Of a stretch of DNA of 64,000 bases, positions 13,061 to 37,857 are shown piece after piece. This stretch comes from Tubulanus polymorphus (lineage: Eukaryota > Animalia > Nemertea). How positions within the stretch are numbered: position 1 is the first letter of the stretch; every line of letters begins with the position of its first letter. The stretch is taken from contig NC_134034.1 in NCBI RefSeq assembly GCF_964204645.1, positions 1,488,072 through 1,552,071 on the forward strand, read 5' to 3'. The position numbers and the translations under genes were made by a program. The notes under the pieces were generated by a model. That model ran no database searches. It saw nothing but the letters and a program-made list of their open reading frames with translations, and was not told the origin of the DNA.

Positions 13061-13446
13061 AGGAACAATGTATCTACGATCCTTGCTCTGTCGCTCTCCC
13101 TATCCCCCTTCGCTCTCTCCCACCTCGGGAAACTGCAAAAGTCATCGGTATCGCATATAGCCTTATTGAAACAATTTCATTACCGCAAACGAATGAAATA
13201 TTGACAAGCATAAATACAGCCGGATTCGATGAGGCTTAAAACTGAACGACACTGGTAAATTATTAGTGAAGCCAGTGCCGATTGGAGGGTTTTAGAAACG
13301 CTAAAATTGCACATTTGTTTTTCAAGTGTATGCGGTATATTGATTTTGTCTAATTTCTGATGTTTGAAGTTCATTTTCAATTAAAAATGTATCGGGTGAA
13401 TCCCTGAACACACATGTAAAGTGTGGACGATCAGTTCTTTTCATAT

Positions 13447-13628
13447 TCCCTCTCCCTCTCCCTCTCCTGGCTCTCACTCTCCCTCTCCAGGCTCCCCCTC
13501 TCCCTCTCCCTCTCCTGGCTCTCCCTCTCCCTCTCCTGGCTCTCCCTTTCCCTCTCACTCTCCCTCTCCTGGCTCTCCCTTTCCCTCTCCCTCTCCCTCT
13601 CCCTCTCCTGGCTCTCCCTCTCCCTCTT
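13447..13628. repeat. (CCTCTC)n-type microsatellite
   Basis: Direct reading. Confidence 0.9.
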
Positions 13629-14169
13629 CTTCATACAAACACATATAATATGGATGATAAAAATGGTAGGACTAGTGATCACATCAAATGGGGATACAAC
13701 AAGGTCAAGGATACTGATTGATATCGTGCATTGCATCAATTTCTGCTTCCAACAAAAATATTGTATTTCTCAAGCACAGAGAATTGAATCGAAAGGACTC
13801 AAGACTCTCGTCAATATCTCCTCGTAAATGATTCACGGTTTATCATTTTGAGAGCTTTCTGTAAGATGTATTCACAAAATCATCCTTCCAAAATTCCAGG
13901 AATCAATATATATCAATATATATATGGAATTTTTTAAATAGAAAGACTTATAATTCAGATGCATATTCAGCAGAATTCTAATTCGATATATTTGCTTTCG
14001 AATCGATCGTGATATTGATATAATAACTTTTATCAAGCTGTCAACTGTAAATAAAGATCCACGTTGATCATTTATTGGTACAGTTGTTCTGTACTCTTTA
14101 GGTCAACTGTGGAGAATGAGCTCCAAATAGCTTTAATAAAATGATCCGAAATATAGCGTCAATTGTTTA

Positions 14170-14586
<417 letters not shown>

Positions 14587-14876
14587 TCACTGATATTAAC
14601 TATTTATACAGTCGCTGATATCCGAGTCTCTCGCAGTAGTTGTGAACAAGCGCCATACTGAATGCGGTATAAACACCACGGTCCAATTTAACAGATTGGT
14701 ATTAGCTTTAAACGTGGGAGCTCACTCTCAATTGAAATTGAACTGAGTTAAAACCTGTTTCAAGATAACTCGCACTGTCCGGATTTCATGGATTCTAACG
14801 ATAGAAACTGCTTGGGATTGGGTTTATTCGAACAGTATAAAGCGCTGACTCGTGTATTTCGCAGTTAACGCAACAA

Positions 14877-15497
14877 ACTGACACACTCTGCAGGTGAGTA
14901 CTGACACACTCTGCAGGTGAGTACTGACACACTCTGCTGGTGAGTACTGACACATTCTGCTAGTGAGTACTGACACACTCTGCAGGTGAGTACTGACACA
15001 CTCTGCAGGTGAGTACTGACACACTCTGCCGGTGAGTACTGACACACTCTGCAGGTGAGTACTGACACACTCTGCTGGTGAGTACTGACACACTCTGCAG
15101 GTGAGTACTGACACACTCTGCAGGTGAGTACTGACACACTCTGCAGGTGAGTACTGACACACTCTGCAGGTGAGTACTGACACACTCTGCAGGTGAGTAC
15201 TGACACACTCTGCAGGTGAGTACTGACACACTCTGCTGGTGAGTACTGACACACTCTGCCGGTGAGTACTGACACACTCTGCAGGTGAGTACTGACACAC
15301 TCTGCAGGTGAGTACTGACACACTCTGCAGGTGAGTACTGACACACTCTGCAGGTGAGTACTGACACACTCTGCAGGTGAGTACTGACACACTCTGCTGG
15401 TGAGTACTGACACACTCTGCAGGTGAGTACTGACACACTCTGCAGGTGAGTACTGACACACTCTGCAGGTGAGTACTGACACACTCTGCAGGTGAGT
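14877..15497 (+). repeat. 23-bp minisatellite (~27 copies), unit actgacacactctgcaggtgagt
   Basis: Period 23 (caggtgagt at 14891, 14914, ...), no unique spacers. Confidence 0.97.
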
Positions 15498-15639
15498 TGT
15501 TTTTGTCTTACTAGATTATAAATAACGAAGATCAATTCAATTTGAATAGTTTTAACCGATTACGATCACGAATAGGTTCCTGACACGGAATAAACAATCC
15601 TTTCAGAATGTCCAATCCGTGTGATGACGACCCCGGATT

Positions 15640-15810
15640 TCACTCGCTGCCTCCAAACCATGTTCCCTCGGCAGGGATTTGAACCTGATGACATCCTGAG
15701 ACTGCCACGTTCCTCCCTCGCAGGGATTCGAACCTAATGATATCCTGAGACTGCCACGTTCCTCCCTCGGCAGGGATTCGAACCTGATGACATCGTGAGA
15801 CTCTGCCACG
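15640..15810 (-). repeat. 52-bp B-box-containing minisatellite (~3 copies)
   Basis: Reverse complement of the unit at 44543-44965. Confidence 0.85.
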
Positions 15811-15885
15811 GAATAAGTCTTTTTTTATAACCATATATTTTGTAATGTTTCTACGTTATTTTCCAGGGGAATTTGAACTGATGAA

Positions 15886-17094
15886 ATGGAGAACAGTTCT
15901 ATTATTACCCCCCGCGTAAACCTCACTGAGCAGGCGAGAATCTGCTCGGTCACGTGGGTATCAATTCTGATCGGGGTCGTGCTCGCTTTGATTACCATAG
16001 CGACGATCGTCGGCAATACGGTCGTCTTGGTAATCACCGTCGTCGTCAAGGAGATGAGAACAATGTCGAACGTCATGATCGCGTCGTTAGCGACGGCGGA
16101 CCTGCTGGTATCGACGGTCGTGTTACCGTTTAGTACGCTGCACCAAATCTGCGATCACGTTTGGATTCTCGGAGTACCGGCCTGTAAGTTCTGGGTCGCC
16201 GCAGACGTTGCCGGCTGCTCGGCGTCCATTTTGAATATCGTCGCCATAGCGATCGATCGATACTTCACGATCGCGTATCCCGTGATTTATACGAACTACG
16301 CCGATAGGTGTTTTTACCGGAAGAGGGTTTGCGGCGCGATGCTGTTTTTAGTGTGGTTTACATCCGTTATTATCGCGGTGGCGCCACATGTGTTTGACTG
16401 GTACGCGGGTACCGAGTTTAACGACCCGACCACGTGCATTCTCAGTCAAGATGAAGGTTACATTCTGTTCGCTTCTGTCGGGGTTTTTTTCATACCGGAG
16501 ATTATCGTTCTCGTTTTGTACGCGCGCATCTGGAGGATAGCCATAACTCGCTTGACCCTGCGCCGTCGCAAGGTCATCCCGAACGCCACCACGTCCGGGT
16601 CACAGTCCGAATACCAATCCCGACAAATAGGTGCAGCGCCGTCTAACGATGCCGACGTAAACCAACCGATCGATAAGCGCGTGGAAAGAGCGCATGTACC
16701 AAACACGGCCGTCGCTGGTAGTGTGGCATTAAACAAACCACCAGGGGGCGCGGTTAACTTACGCAACAGCGCACCACTAGGGGGCGTTATGAATAAAAAC
16801 CCACCAGGGGACGTTGTAGTAGTGAAAAAGGCAAGTCACGAGAGAACTCGTCGTGCGACTATTCTACTGGGAGTTATAATCGCAGTTTTTACGACTTGTT
16901 GGGTGCCGTATTTTCTGTGCATGATCATAATCACGTTCTGCGCGTCATGCGCTGCTACTTTACCCCCCGCGATGTTCGACACGTTCGTCTGGTTCGGTTA
17001 CGTCAACAGTTTATTGAATCCGTTCATTTACGCCATCTTTAGTCGAGATTTCAAAACCGCCCTCGAGAAACTGAAAAATCGTTTTCGCAATTAA
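15886..17094 (+). CDS. Class A biogenic-amine GPCR (5-HT/octopamine/tyramine/histamine receptor-like), 402 aa, intronless CDS
   Basis: Seven hydrophobic segments with GN (TM1), SLAxAD (TM2), C3.25, D3.32, DRY, CWxP, W7.40-x-G-Y7.43 and NPxxY; N-glycosylation sequons at the N-terminus; acceptor ttttccag at 15866. Confidence 0.95.
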   Translation: MENSSIITPRVNLTEQARICSVTWVSILIGVVLALITIATIVGNTVVLVITVVVKEMRTMSNVMIASLATADLLVSTVVLPFSTLHQICDHVWILGVPACKFWVAADVAGCSASILNIVAIAIDRYFTIAYPVIYTNYADRCFYRKRVCGAMLFLVWFTSVIIAVAPHVFDWYAGTEFNDPTTCILSQDEGYILFASVGVFFIPEIIVLVLYARIWRIAITRLTLRRRKVIPNATTSGSQSEYQSRQIGAAPSNDADVNQPIDKRVERAHVPNTAVAGSVALNKPPGGAVNLRNSAPLGGVMNKNPPGDVVVVKKASHERTRRATILLGVIIAVFTTCWVPYFLCMIIITFCASCAATLPPAMFDTFVWFGYVNSLLNPFIYAIFSRDFKTALEKLKNRFRN

Positions 17095-17227
17095 AGATTA
17101 TGACGCGTGTGTTCATTGAAACCCAATGGAATATCAAAACAACTGAATATTGTAACGACAGACTTCACACAATAAACTCAGCCAAAAGGAAAAACTTATT
17201 TGCGCAATGTTTCGGGCAAGACTATTA

Positions 17228-17574
17228 GCCATCCATCCTCCCCCGGCAGGGATTCGAACCTGATCGCATCGAGATTGCCACGGCACGAAACCCTGCCACA
17301 CTATACCGAGTGCGCAGCTACACGCGCAGCTTAGATGATATCATTATCATCCAATCAGAAATCCCGTTTTATTTTAGCCGGGTTTTCCTGTTCATACTTC
17401 TTCCTTGAAATTTTCTTCAGTGATTATACAACGAGCAATCTGATTGGTGCCGCCAGTTTTCGCGCGACAAAGCTGCGCATGTACCTGCGCACCCGGTCTA
17501 GTGTGGCAGGGGTTCGTGCCGTGGCTGAGTGCAGCGATGCCATCGGGTTCGAATCCCTGCCGTGGGAGGATGGC
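17228..17574. mobile_element. Palindromic MITE with B-box-containing TIRs (copy B)
   Basis: gccatc...cggcagggattcgaacc at the left and ggttcgaatccctgccgtgggaggatggc at the right; same family as 9636-9904. Confidence 0.7.
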
Positions 17575-19266
17575 CATCATCAGGCGTACTGAAAACAGGA
17601 GATTATCGTTATATAATATATTATATTATTTGTTTATGTTGCTGATTAGATTAATCGGATAAAGACTAATCGATATCGCATATACAAGCGATAAGATCAG
17701 TTGACCTGATGTCGTATCGGTAAAACGTTTAAACATATATATACAATATATTATTTGGGATTTCTGTCGTTATCATCTTACACGTATATTGTGTATCTTC
17801 TCGTCTCAACATTGTTTTTTTTCCTCACATTTCGGGTGGAATTCCTACAACCATCTTTCGCATCTTTCGAATTTATTCGATTTTATTCTATACGAGCACT
17901 TTGTGAGAGGCTTACTCAGGGAAGGGTCCACGAGGCCGAAACGGGGGTCTCATGTATTCATAGTAATTAGCTCTAGTCAGTGCTCATCAATAATAAATTA
18001 ATGTCTCTCAAATATGCCGATAGGAGTTAGTTTGTGTGAGTCCTGATGTCTACAACTAAAGACAAGCAAACTATGTTTAATTTTGCGATTATATGTTTTC
18101 AAATATTAGTCACGGCAGTTCCCACTGATTATTCAGAACTACTTGTATCAGGTTTTAGAACAGTTTTTGAGGAGTTGGGTGGTTATTCAGTAAAATCAAC
18201 GGGTGAGGCTTAGAATCAACAGCGATCAGTTACGTGTGCGTTTCTAACCATATACCATTTGGTTCATAGCTATCTTGCTCGTGGTTCACAATGAAAGTGT
18301 ATATACTAAGCTCGATCCATAGCTCCATATCTTCTATATGGGGAACTCGCAAGTGGAAAGAGGTCAAAAGGCCGCCCACATCTACGCTTCAAGGATACAT
18401 GCAAGAGAGACATGAAGGCATGCTCCATAAATCAGGAAACGTGGGAGGCTTCAGCGGCAGACAGGTCACAGTGGAGACGTCAAGTCACGCTGGGACTTAA
18501 AAACTTTGAACAGGACTTTTGTGCTAAAGCCACTCTGAGGCGAGCTCAGAGACACGCTAGGATTTAAACTGAACTCTCTGCGGCGCTGTTTATCCATGGT
18601 CGAAAGACTGAAGGAGCCAATGATACAAAGCTCGCTGGCATAGACACATTTATAGCTTATGCCGTGTAGGTATAGTGTTTAGATTCCCCTTGGGTAGTAA
18701 CGCACGTTTTATGGATAAAGATTAATCGATATCATATACTAGCGATAAGATCAGTTGAGTAGCCGTGTTGTTGACCTGATGTCGTGTCAGTAAAACGTTT
18801 CAACAGATAGTACTAAACGTTCACTAGTGTAAGATACGTACGTACTTCTGCCGAGGGAAGTGGCTCGACATGTTCAACAATCAAATTTCAACGCCCCCTG
18901 GTGAACATATAAAGAAACCAATGATCTTGAAATTCATCACCATTACATAGAACACGTCGAGCTTCAATTTTACAATCGATTAAGGTAACAAAATATGCCT
19001 AGTAGTTACCTCGACTGTTGCGATCCTCGTGATTCGATAAGACTTCGAATTAATAACTAAAGAAGTTTCCACGTTCGAAAGAAGGAGTTAAAACGCTTGA
19101 AAAATACAAAAAAACAAAAACAATTTCATAGATTTAGAATTTTTTATTGTGAGCGGTTTTTTTTACGTTAATTCTTTTTTTTTCAATAAATTTTACATTG
19201 AGTTTTTTTTAAGTCAATCACGTGACGAGAGAGACCATCCCTCAAGCAGCATAAACAAAAACAGAC

Positions 19267-19316
<50 letters not shown>

Positions 19317-20573
19317 TTTACTCCTTACAGAAGCCATGAAGCTTTCTCTTGAAGTAATAGTCATTACCGTGATATTCTGTAAATCATAAACTATCTATTT
19401 CTCATGTGAAATAAATTACTTTTTCAAAACGAGTCTTCATCTTATCATCACTACTTAGAATACGAAGTCTTTCGATTGACAGCTATCAATACACAGCCTG
19501 CCCCCTGTCGGCAAAAACGCGAACATTCATTATCGTCAAAAACCGATCGTCCATAATTCACAAGTGCTTCGTCAGAGACATTTTTCATTGAAAATGAAAG
19601 CTCTACACACAAACACACACCAGAATGTCTGCCACATAAGTTTGAAGGAGTGTTCGGTTTGGAGTCTCGATACATTGTTATATATAACAAAATCTGGGTT
19701 ATTTTCCCCGTAGCACAAATCTTAGTCTCAGTATCACAGAAAACAAGGCTTCAATTGAATCAAATTAATATGGAAGCGAAAATTGTTCATGTTCTTCGAC
19801 CCAACGTCTCTAGCTGTAAGCCTTTAGTCCCCTCTGTGGAAAGATGGCCCCCTTCTAGAAATCCTCTTATGACATCACTAAATATCTAAGGGCGGCATAG
19901 GTCGGAAAAATTGCTTCGGTTTCTAGAAGTGTAAACCAATCAAACGACGCAATAATTTGATGAAGTCAAAGGGGGATATGCCAGTAGTCTAGAGATCGAA
20001 TCACTCGCTGTAATTTGATGTCATAGGGGGATTTATGGAGGCAGACATATTTTCAACAAGAAGGATATGTAGTTGAATCACTAGTAGGTAATAAGATGAT
20101 GTCATAGGGGGATTAATGGAGAAAGCCGTAATAACTTTGAATTGTTAGGAGTTTGTTATTTGATGATGTCTTAAAGGGATTGATGAAGGCAGCCATCTTT
20201 TCAGGAAGAAGGGTCTATACATATATATAGATTGAATCAGTAGAGGACAATCTGATGATGTCATAGGGGGATGTAATGAACTACCGGTGAATTCAGTCTA
20301 TTGAGAGTTTTACGGTGACAGGTCCTACGTGGTGCCAACTAAACTCATCTTTCGCGTACTCCATCGCCCAACCGGCCGCGAGTCCTAATACGCGACTTAG
20401 CCATACTCAACGAGTGAGTCGCCGATCGGGTAATCCAATTATCAGTCCGCACTACGCTACGCAGCTACACTCTTCCGAATTCCGAATCCTTAAAAAACGC
20501 CGTTTAGCAATTCTCATCCGACTGTGAGTCCTTACTACGCTAAATAGCCATACCGATCCGATTAGAGTCCGTA

Positions 20574-32858
<12,285 letters not shown>

Positions 32859-32898
32859 TTTCGTAATTTATTCGGATACCAGAAATACGGATTTAACC

Positions 32899-34054
32899 CA
32901 CAGGGGCTCGTTACGATAGCTGGGGGTCCAAAATCAAAGATTTGACCCAGTATCCTAGGTACCACCTATAAAAAAAGAAAAGGGAGCTAACATTTTGACA
33001 TACTAGAATTGACCTTCTCATTTCAACCCCTCATGACTTCGTAACCGATCGACCGATTTACACGAAATTAGATTCGTTTCATTCCCAAGAGGTGACTTTT
33101 TCGTTTGAGACCTTCCCCGATGAAATCGGACCGGAGAGGCCCGAGAAATCACGACTCAAATCCGAAAAAACGGGTCAAAATATCCAAAGCCGGAATTACT
33201 AGGACGGCTTGAAGTGCTCAATTCCCGACGAAAAATGATGATTTGACGCGGTTCCCGGACGTTAATCTTCACATATCATACATCGCTGGAAAGCTTATGA
33301 ACTGACCTTATTGACAGACGCGTTTATTTGATAATCCGTTCCGATACCCGCGACTGGCGAGCTGATAATCCAGATTGATGCGATAAATACGATTTCCAAG
33401 TGTATTCCGGCCGCCATTAACTGCGTGACGTCATGAGAAATCCCAGCATGCAACGCTAGATAATTGACATATTCAGTCGACCAATCACGTATCGCGAATT
33501 TATCAGTCCTCAGAGCCCGTGACGTCACACCCTCAATGGCGGTTCAGTGACGCTTAAAGTGCGTATTTATCGGTTCGGTGCGTATTATCACCTCGCTTGT
33601 CGCCGGTTTCGGAACGGATTATCAATTAAACGCATTTTTCAATAAGGTCAGTTCATAAGCTTTCCAGCGATGTATGATATGTGAAGATTAACGTCCGGGA
33701 ACCGCGTCAACTCATCGTTTTTCGTCGGGAATCGACTACTCCGAGACGTCCTAGTAATTCCGGCTTTGGCTATTTTGACTCGTTTTTTCGGATTTGAGTC
33801 GTGATTTCTCGGGTGTCTCTTATCCGATTTTGTCGCGGAAGGTCTCAAACGAAAAAGTAACCTCTTAGGAATGAAACGAAACCAATTTCGAGCGAATCGG
33901 TCGATGAGTTACGAAGTTATGAGCGATTGAAATGAGAAGGTCAATTCTAGTATGTCAAAATGTTAGCTCCCTTTTCTTTTTTTATAGGTGGTACCTAGGA
34001 TACTGGGTCCAATCTTTGATTTTGGACCCCCAGCTATCGTAACGAGCCCCTGTG
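32899..34054. mobile_element. 1156-bp non-autonomous foldback DNA transposon, CACAG termini, 8-bp TSD (P-element/Galileo-like; hAT not excluded)
   Basis: Inverted arms of ~470 bp with weaker symmetry towards the centre; ATTTAACC duplicated at 32891-32898 and 34055-34062; no long ORF. Confidence 0.9.
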
Positions 34055-35103
34055 ATTTAACCTGCAACGATGATAACACTTCGAAATTGAGGAGATGACC
34101 CAATTAATCTATGTGGCAAAATAATACTGTAATAATAGTTTGATTAAGTGGATGACGAGTCCTGAGAGGAACACAAATGAAATCAGGCCGGGTATGGGCA
34201 GCAGCAGCAACAACAGCAGCTGCAGGGTGAACCTGGTGGTGATGGATCTAACAAAATTCCTTACCCTTCTTTTATTTATTTTACCCTTCCGAGATCGTCA
34301 GTCGAATCAACTACAATTTACGAATTGATTATTTCGATCTAGGCGTTCTTTTATCGTTTCGGGGGCAGTGGTATCTAAATCAACGCCATCTCGGCCCCTA
34401 AAACATCCAAAAACACTGGAAATATCGTCGATAAACCAAAAATTCGACCAAATCTCTATCAGAAATCTCGAGCAACTTCGCGCAGTAACAGTCGCGACGG
34501 GACTCCGACTCCATGCAAGTCCGGGACCGTAGTCCGAATTCAAATTCAAACTTTATTCGACATCAGTGACATCATTTTATAAAGATTTAGCCTTTGGCAG
34601 ACGGCTGCCCCCTAGCATCCTTGTCTGTATTGATGTTTTATGATTGTATCATTATGATTGTGTATTTCTGTAGTGTATGTTTGTCCTGTTTTGGATCCAG
34701 AAGTGTGTTTATTTTTGCTGTCCGTCCCGCTTCGCCCTCGTTGGGCTTCTCGGGCCGGCGGCATTGAATTGTCTCTATGTTTTTTTTCTGATGTACGAGT
34801 CTTAAATGCTAGGCTCAATAAAGATTTATTCTATTCTATTCTATTCTATATGGCGCAAATACATGGATCTTTTAATCGATGTTTTTGTCGTTATGTTTTT
34901 ATCAGATATTGGGCCCGCTCAACAAACCCGCCTCGAATGTTTACCTAAATACAGTTTTGAATTGAATTGAAATTCGATTCGCGAATCGTCGAGAATTGAA
35001 TGACATTTTGGAACTGGTGTTGTTGATTTATTTTTCTTCACACATACACACAGATTTTTAGTCGTATTTTTTCTCAATAACGGGTCGAGAGAGAGAGAGC
35101 AGC

Positions 35104-37857
35104 ATGAAGGGAATACAGTCTGCTGCTGTTGTATTCATACAGAAGGTTCTCGTGCTAATGTTTCTTGTATTGATGACTGGCAATATCCCGATGGTAAGCC
35201 TAATTTTTAATTATTTAAAATCATCTTTCTGATTCTCTGAGGGGATGTACCGAACGAACTGTTTCTGAATACCCTGATACCAGTCGTTGTTACGGGTTCC
35301 CTACAACTCAAGCCGTTATTTGGGGAATAATGGCTGAAAAAAACCGAACGAACTGTGTCTGTGACCTGTCAAAATCGATTTTTTGCTACCTACCTGTAAT
35401 TTTGACAGTTTAGTTTGTTTGACATGTAATGTTGTTGTTATGCTTGAACCTGATTTTCGAAATCTACATTGTTTCCAACCTTGAACTTGAACTTATTAAA
35501 TTGCGCTGTGTTATGTCATTGTCATTTTAATACTAATTGGATTAGACATGCAATTATCAATCAATAAATTGCCAAAACAAGACTTTAGTCAAATGGCATT
35601 CAATAAAAGCAGTGTTCAATAAACACAAATGACATTAAACACATTCCCCTTTTTAGTTAGTTACCTAATCGTTGGCGGTAAGCTTTTTATAATCGGATGA
35701 GCTTGTGAAAATATCCGATCGTGAAACTAAACCACATACAGGTTACTGACTTATTCCTCTTGGGCTGGGATTCGAACCAGATGACATCGCGCACCTCCAC
35801 AATATCGATACTATTGTTGCAGTTAGGCCTACGAGGCCGGCGGATTCGAGTCCCCGCCGAGGGACCACCCATCTATTGATACTACAGGGCTGGCAGGGCA
35901 GTTTCAACCTATCCATTAACCTGTTTTGGTTGGACCAACAATTTCCTTATCAGTTCTAAATAACTTATTTATCAGATGATGGCTTAAGAGAGATTTGACT
36001 GATTGACGCAATTCCTCTAATGAACCTGTTAGGTAATGTTTTTTATATATCTTTTACAGAGCGCCGCTGAATTCTGTACAGAGTACGGCCACTAGTAAGT
36101 TGAGATTCTCAAAAGAAAAAAAAAATAGAAATTTCGCTAGAAAGTATTTAAAAAAGGAGTATTTCTAATCAGAAGAGGTGCCATCTGGTGGGAAAACTAG
36201 TACCTAGACTGTATTTTTCAAAATGACGCAAAATTTTCAAAAATTAATTCTATTCAATTTTGGTGTATTTTATTTACAGTTGTCACGCGCCGTATAAATG
36301 CTGCGCGGACGTGTGCTGCGCTGATCGGACCGCGGCCGGAGATACCCATCAATCGTCGGATTTCACAGGAGCATTTTACTCGTGGAACATGTGGAACATG
36401 TGGTACTTCTGGTAAATATGACACATAAATCCCCCTATGACATCATCAAATTGTTTCCCGATTCCCCCTATGACATCATCAAATTGTTTCTCCGATTCCC
36501 CTATGACATCATCAAATCATTTCCATAATTTCCCCTATGACATCATCAAATCATTTCCATAATTCCCCCTATGACATCGTCAAATCGTTTCCATGATTCC
36601 CCCTATGACATCATCAAATCGTTTCCATGATTACCACTATGACATCATCAAATCATTTCCATAATTCCCCCTATGACATCATCAAATCATTTCCATAATT
36701 CCCCCTACGACATCGTCAAATCGTTTCCATGATTCCCCCTATGACATCATCAAATCGTTTCCATGATTACCACTATGACATCATCAAATCGCTTCCATAA
36801 TTCCTCCTATGACATCATCAAATCGTTTCCATGATTCCCCCTATGACATCATCAAATTGCTTCCATGATTCCCCTATGACATCATCAAATTGTTTCCCGA
36901 TTCCCCCTATGACATCATCAAATTGTTTCCCCGATTCCCCTATGACATCATCAAATCGTTTCCATGATTCCCCCTATGATATGCTGTGTTATGATGTTGT
37001 AGGTTTGTAGTATTGTTCGTGTTGTCGACGTGTTTCGGAGGTTGCGGTTACTGGAGGAAACGTCAAATCATGTTCGGCGGACGCCATTACCACGACAATG
37101 ACCTTCACCACCGCGGGCTGCCGATATCGTACCCGGCATTGTTCGCGTCGCCAGCCGAGCTGAACCGCGCCAACGCCAATACCGCCGGGGCGTTTACAAA
37201 CCGAGGAATGACGCCCGAAATTACTACAACTGCCGGGGTGTTTGCAAATCGGGATCTGTCGAATTCAGGAATTCCGTCTCCACCACCTTACAGCGAGGTA
37301 AGTGTAGAATTTTAATATTCTTTTACAATGATACTCAAGGGTTCCTCCTCTGGCAGTCAAGGATTTCCCTCTGGCAATCAAGGATTCCTCCTCTGGCAGT
37401 CAAGGATTCCTCCTCTGGCAATCAAGGATTCCTCATCTGGCAGTCAAGGATTCCTCCTCTGGCAATCAAGGATTCCTCATCTGGCAGTCAAGGATTCCTC
37501 CTCTGGCAGTCAAGGATTCCTCCTCTGGCAGTCAAGGATTCCTCCTCTGGCAATCAAGGATTCCTCCTCTGGCAGTCAAGGATTCCTCCTCTGGCAATCG
37601 ATGATCTTGATCTGCTTGTATTCCAGGTTTACACGAAGCCCGAGAATTACAAGGATATGGAAAAAGATATGCCGCCTCCGTACATGACGGTCGCGCTGCC
37701 GCCGGCGTACTCCGAGGCGCCACCTACCGTCGATACGATGAACCAACAGAGCGACGAGGTTACCGCGGCGAGTGATACGTTGTCTGCCGATACCGACACG
37801 ACCCGTCTGGTCGAACCACCAGCGCCACCTAGCGGTAGAGATACGAACGAGAGCTGA
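35104..37857 (+). CDS. VOPP1/WBP1-like (Shisa-like) single-pass membrane protein with PPxY motifs, 260 aa
   Basis: Exons 35104-35193, 36060-36094, 36280-36411, 37003-37297, 37627-37857 (783 nt in frame): signal peptide, six-Cys ectodomain C..C..CC..CC, WYFWF, TM segment, basic patch, then PPPY, PPPY and PPAY. Confidence 0.88.
36425..36980. repeat. ~34-bp minisatellite (subunit of the 79-bp satellite family)
   Basis: ccccctatgacatcatcaaat unit. Confidence 0.9.
37335..37600. repeat. 22-bp minisatellite (ggattcctcctctggcagtcaa) filling intron 4 of the VOPP1-like gene
   Basis: Direct reading. Confidence 0.92.

Noticed and set aside
14877-15497. CRISPR array or a Cys-rich repeat protein (three ~200-aa ORFs)
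   Set aside because: Head-to-tail repeats with no unique spacers, eukaryotic context and no cas genes; the ORFs are open only because the 23-mer lacks stops on the minus strand.
37328-37687. 119-aa ORF in intron 4 of the VOPP1-like gene
   Set aside because: Translation of a 22-bp minisatellite between good GT-AG sites.
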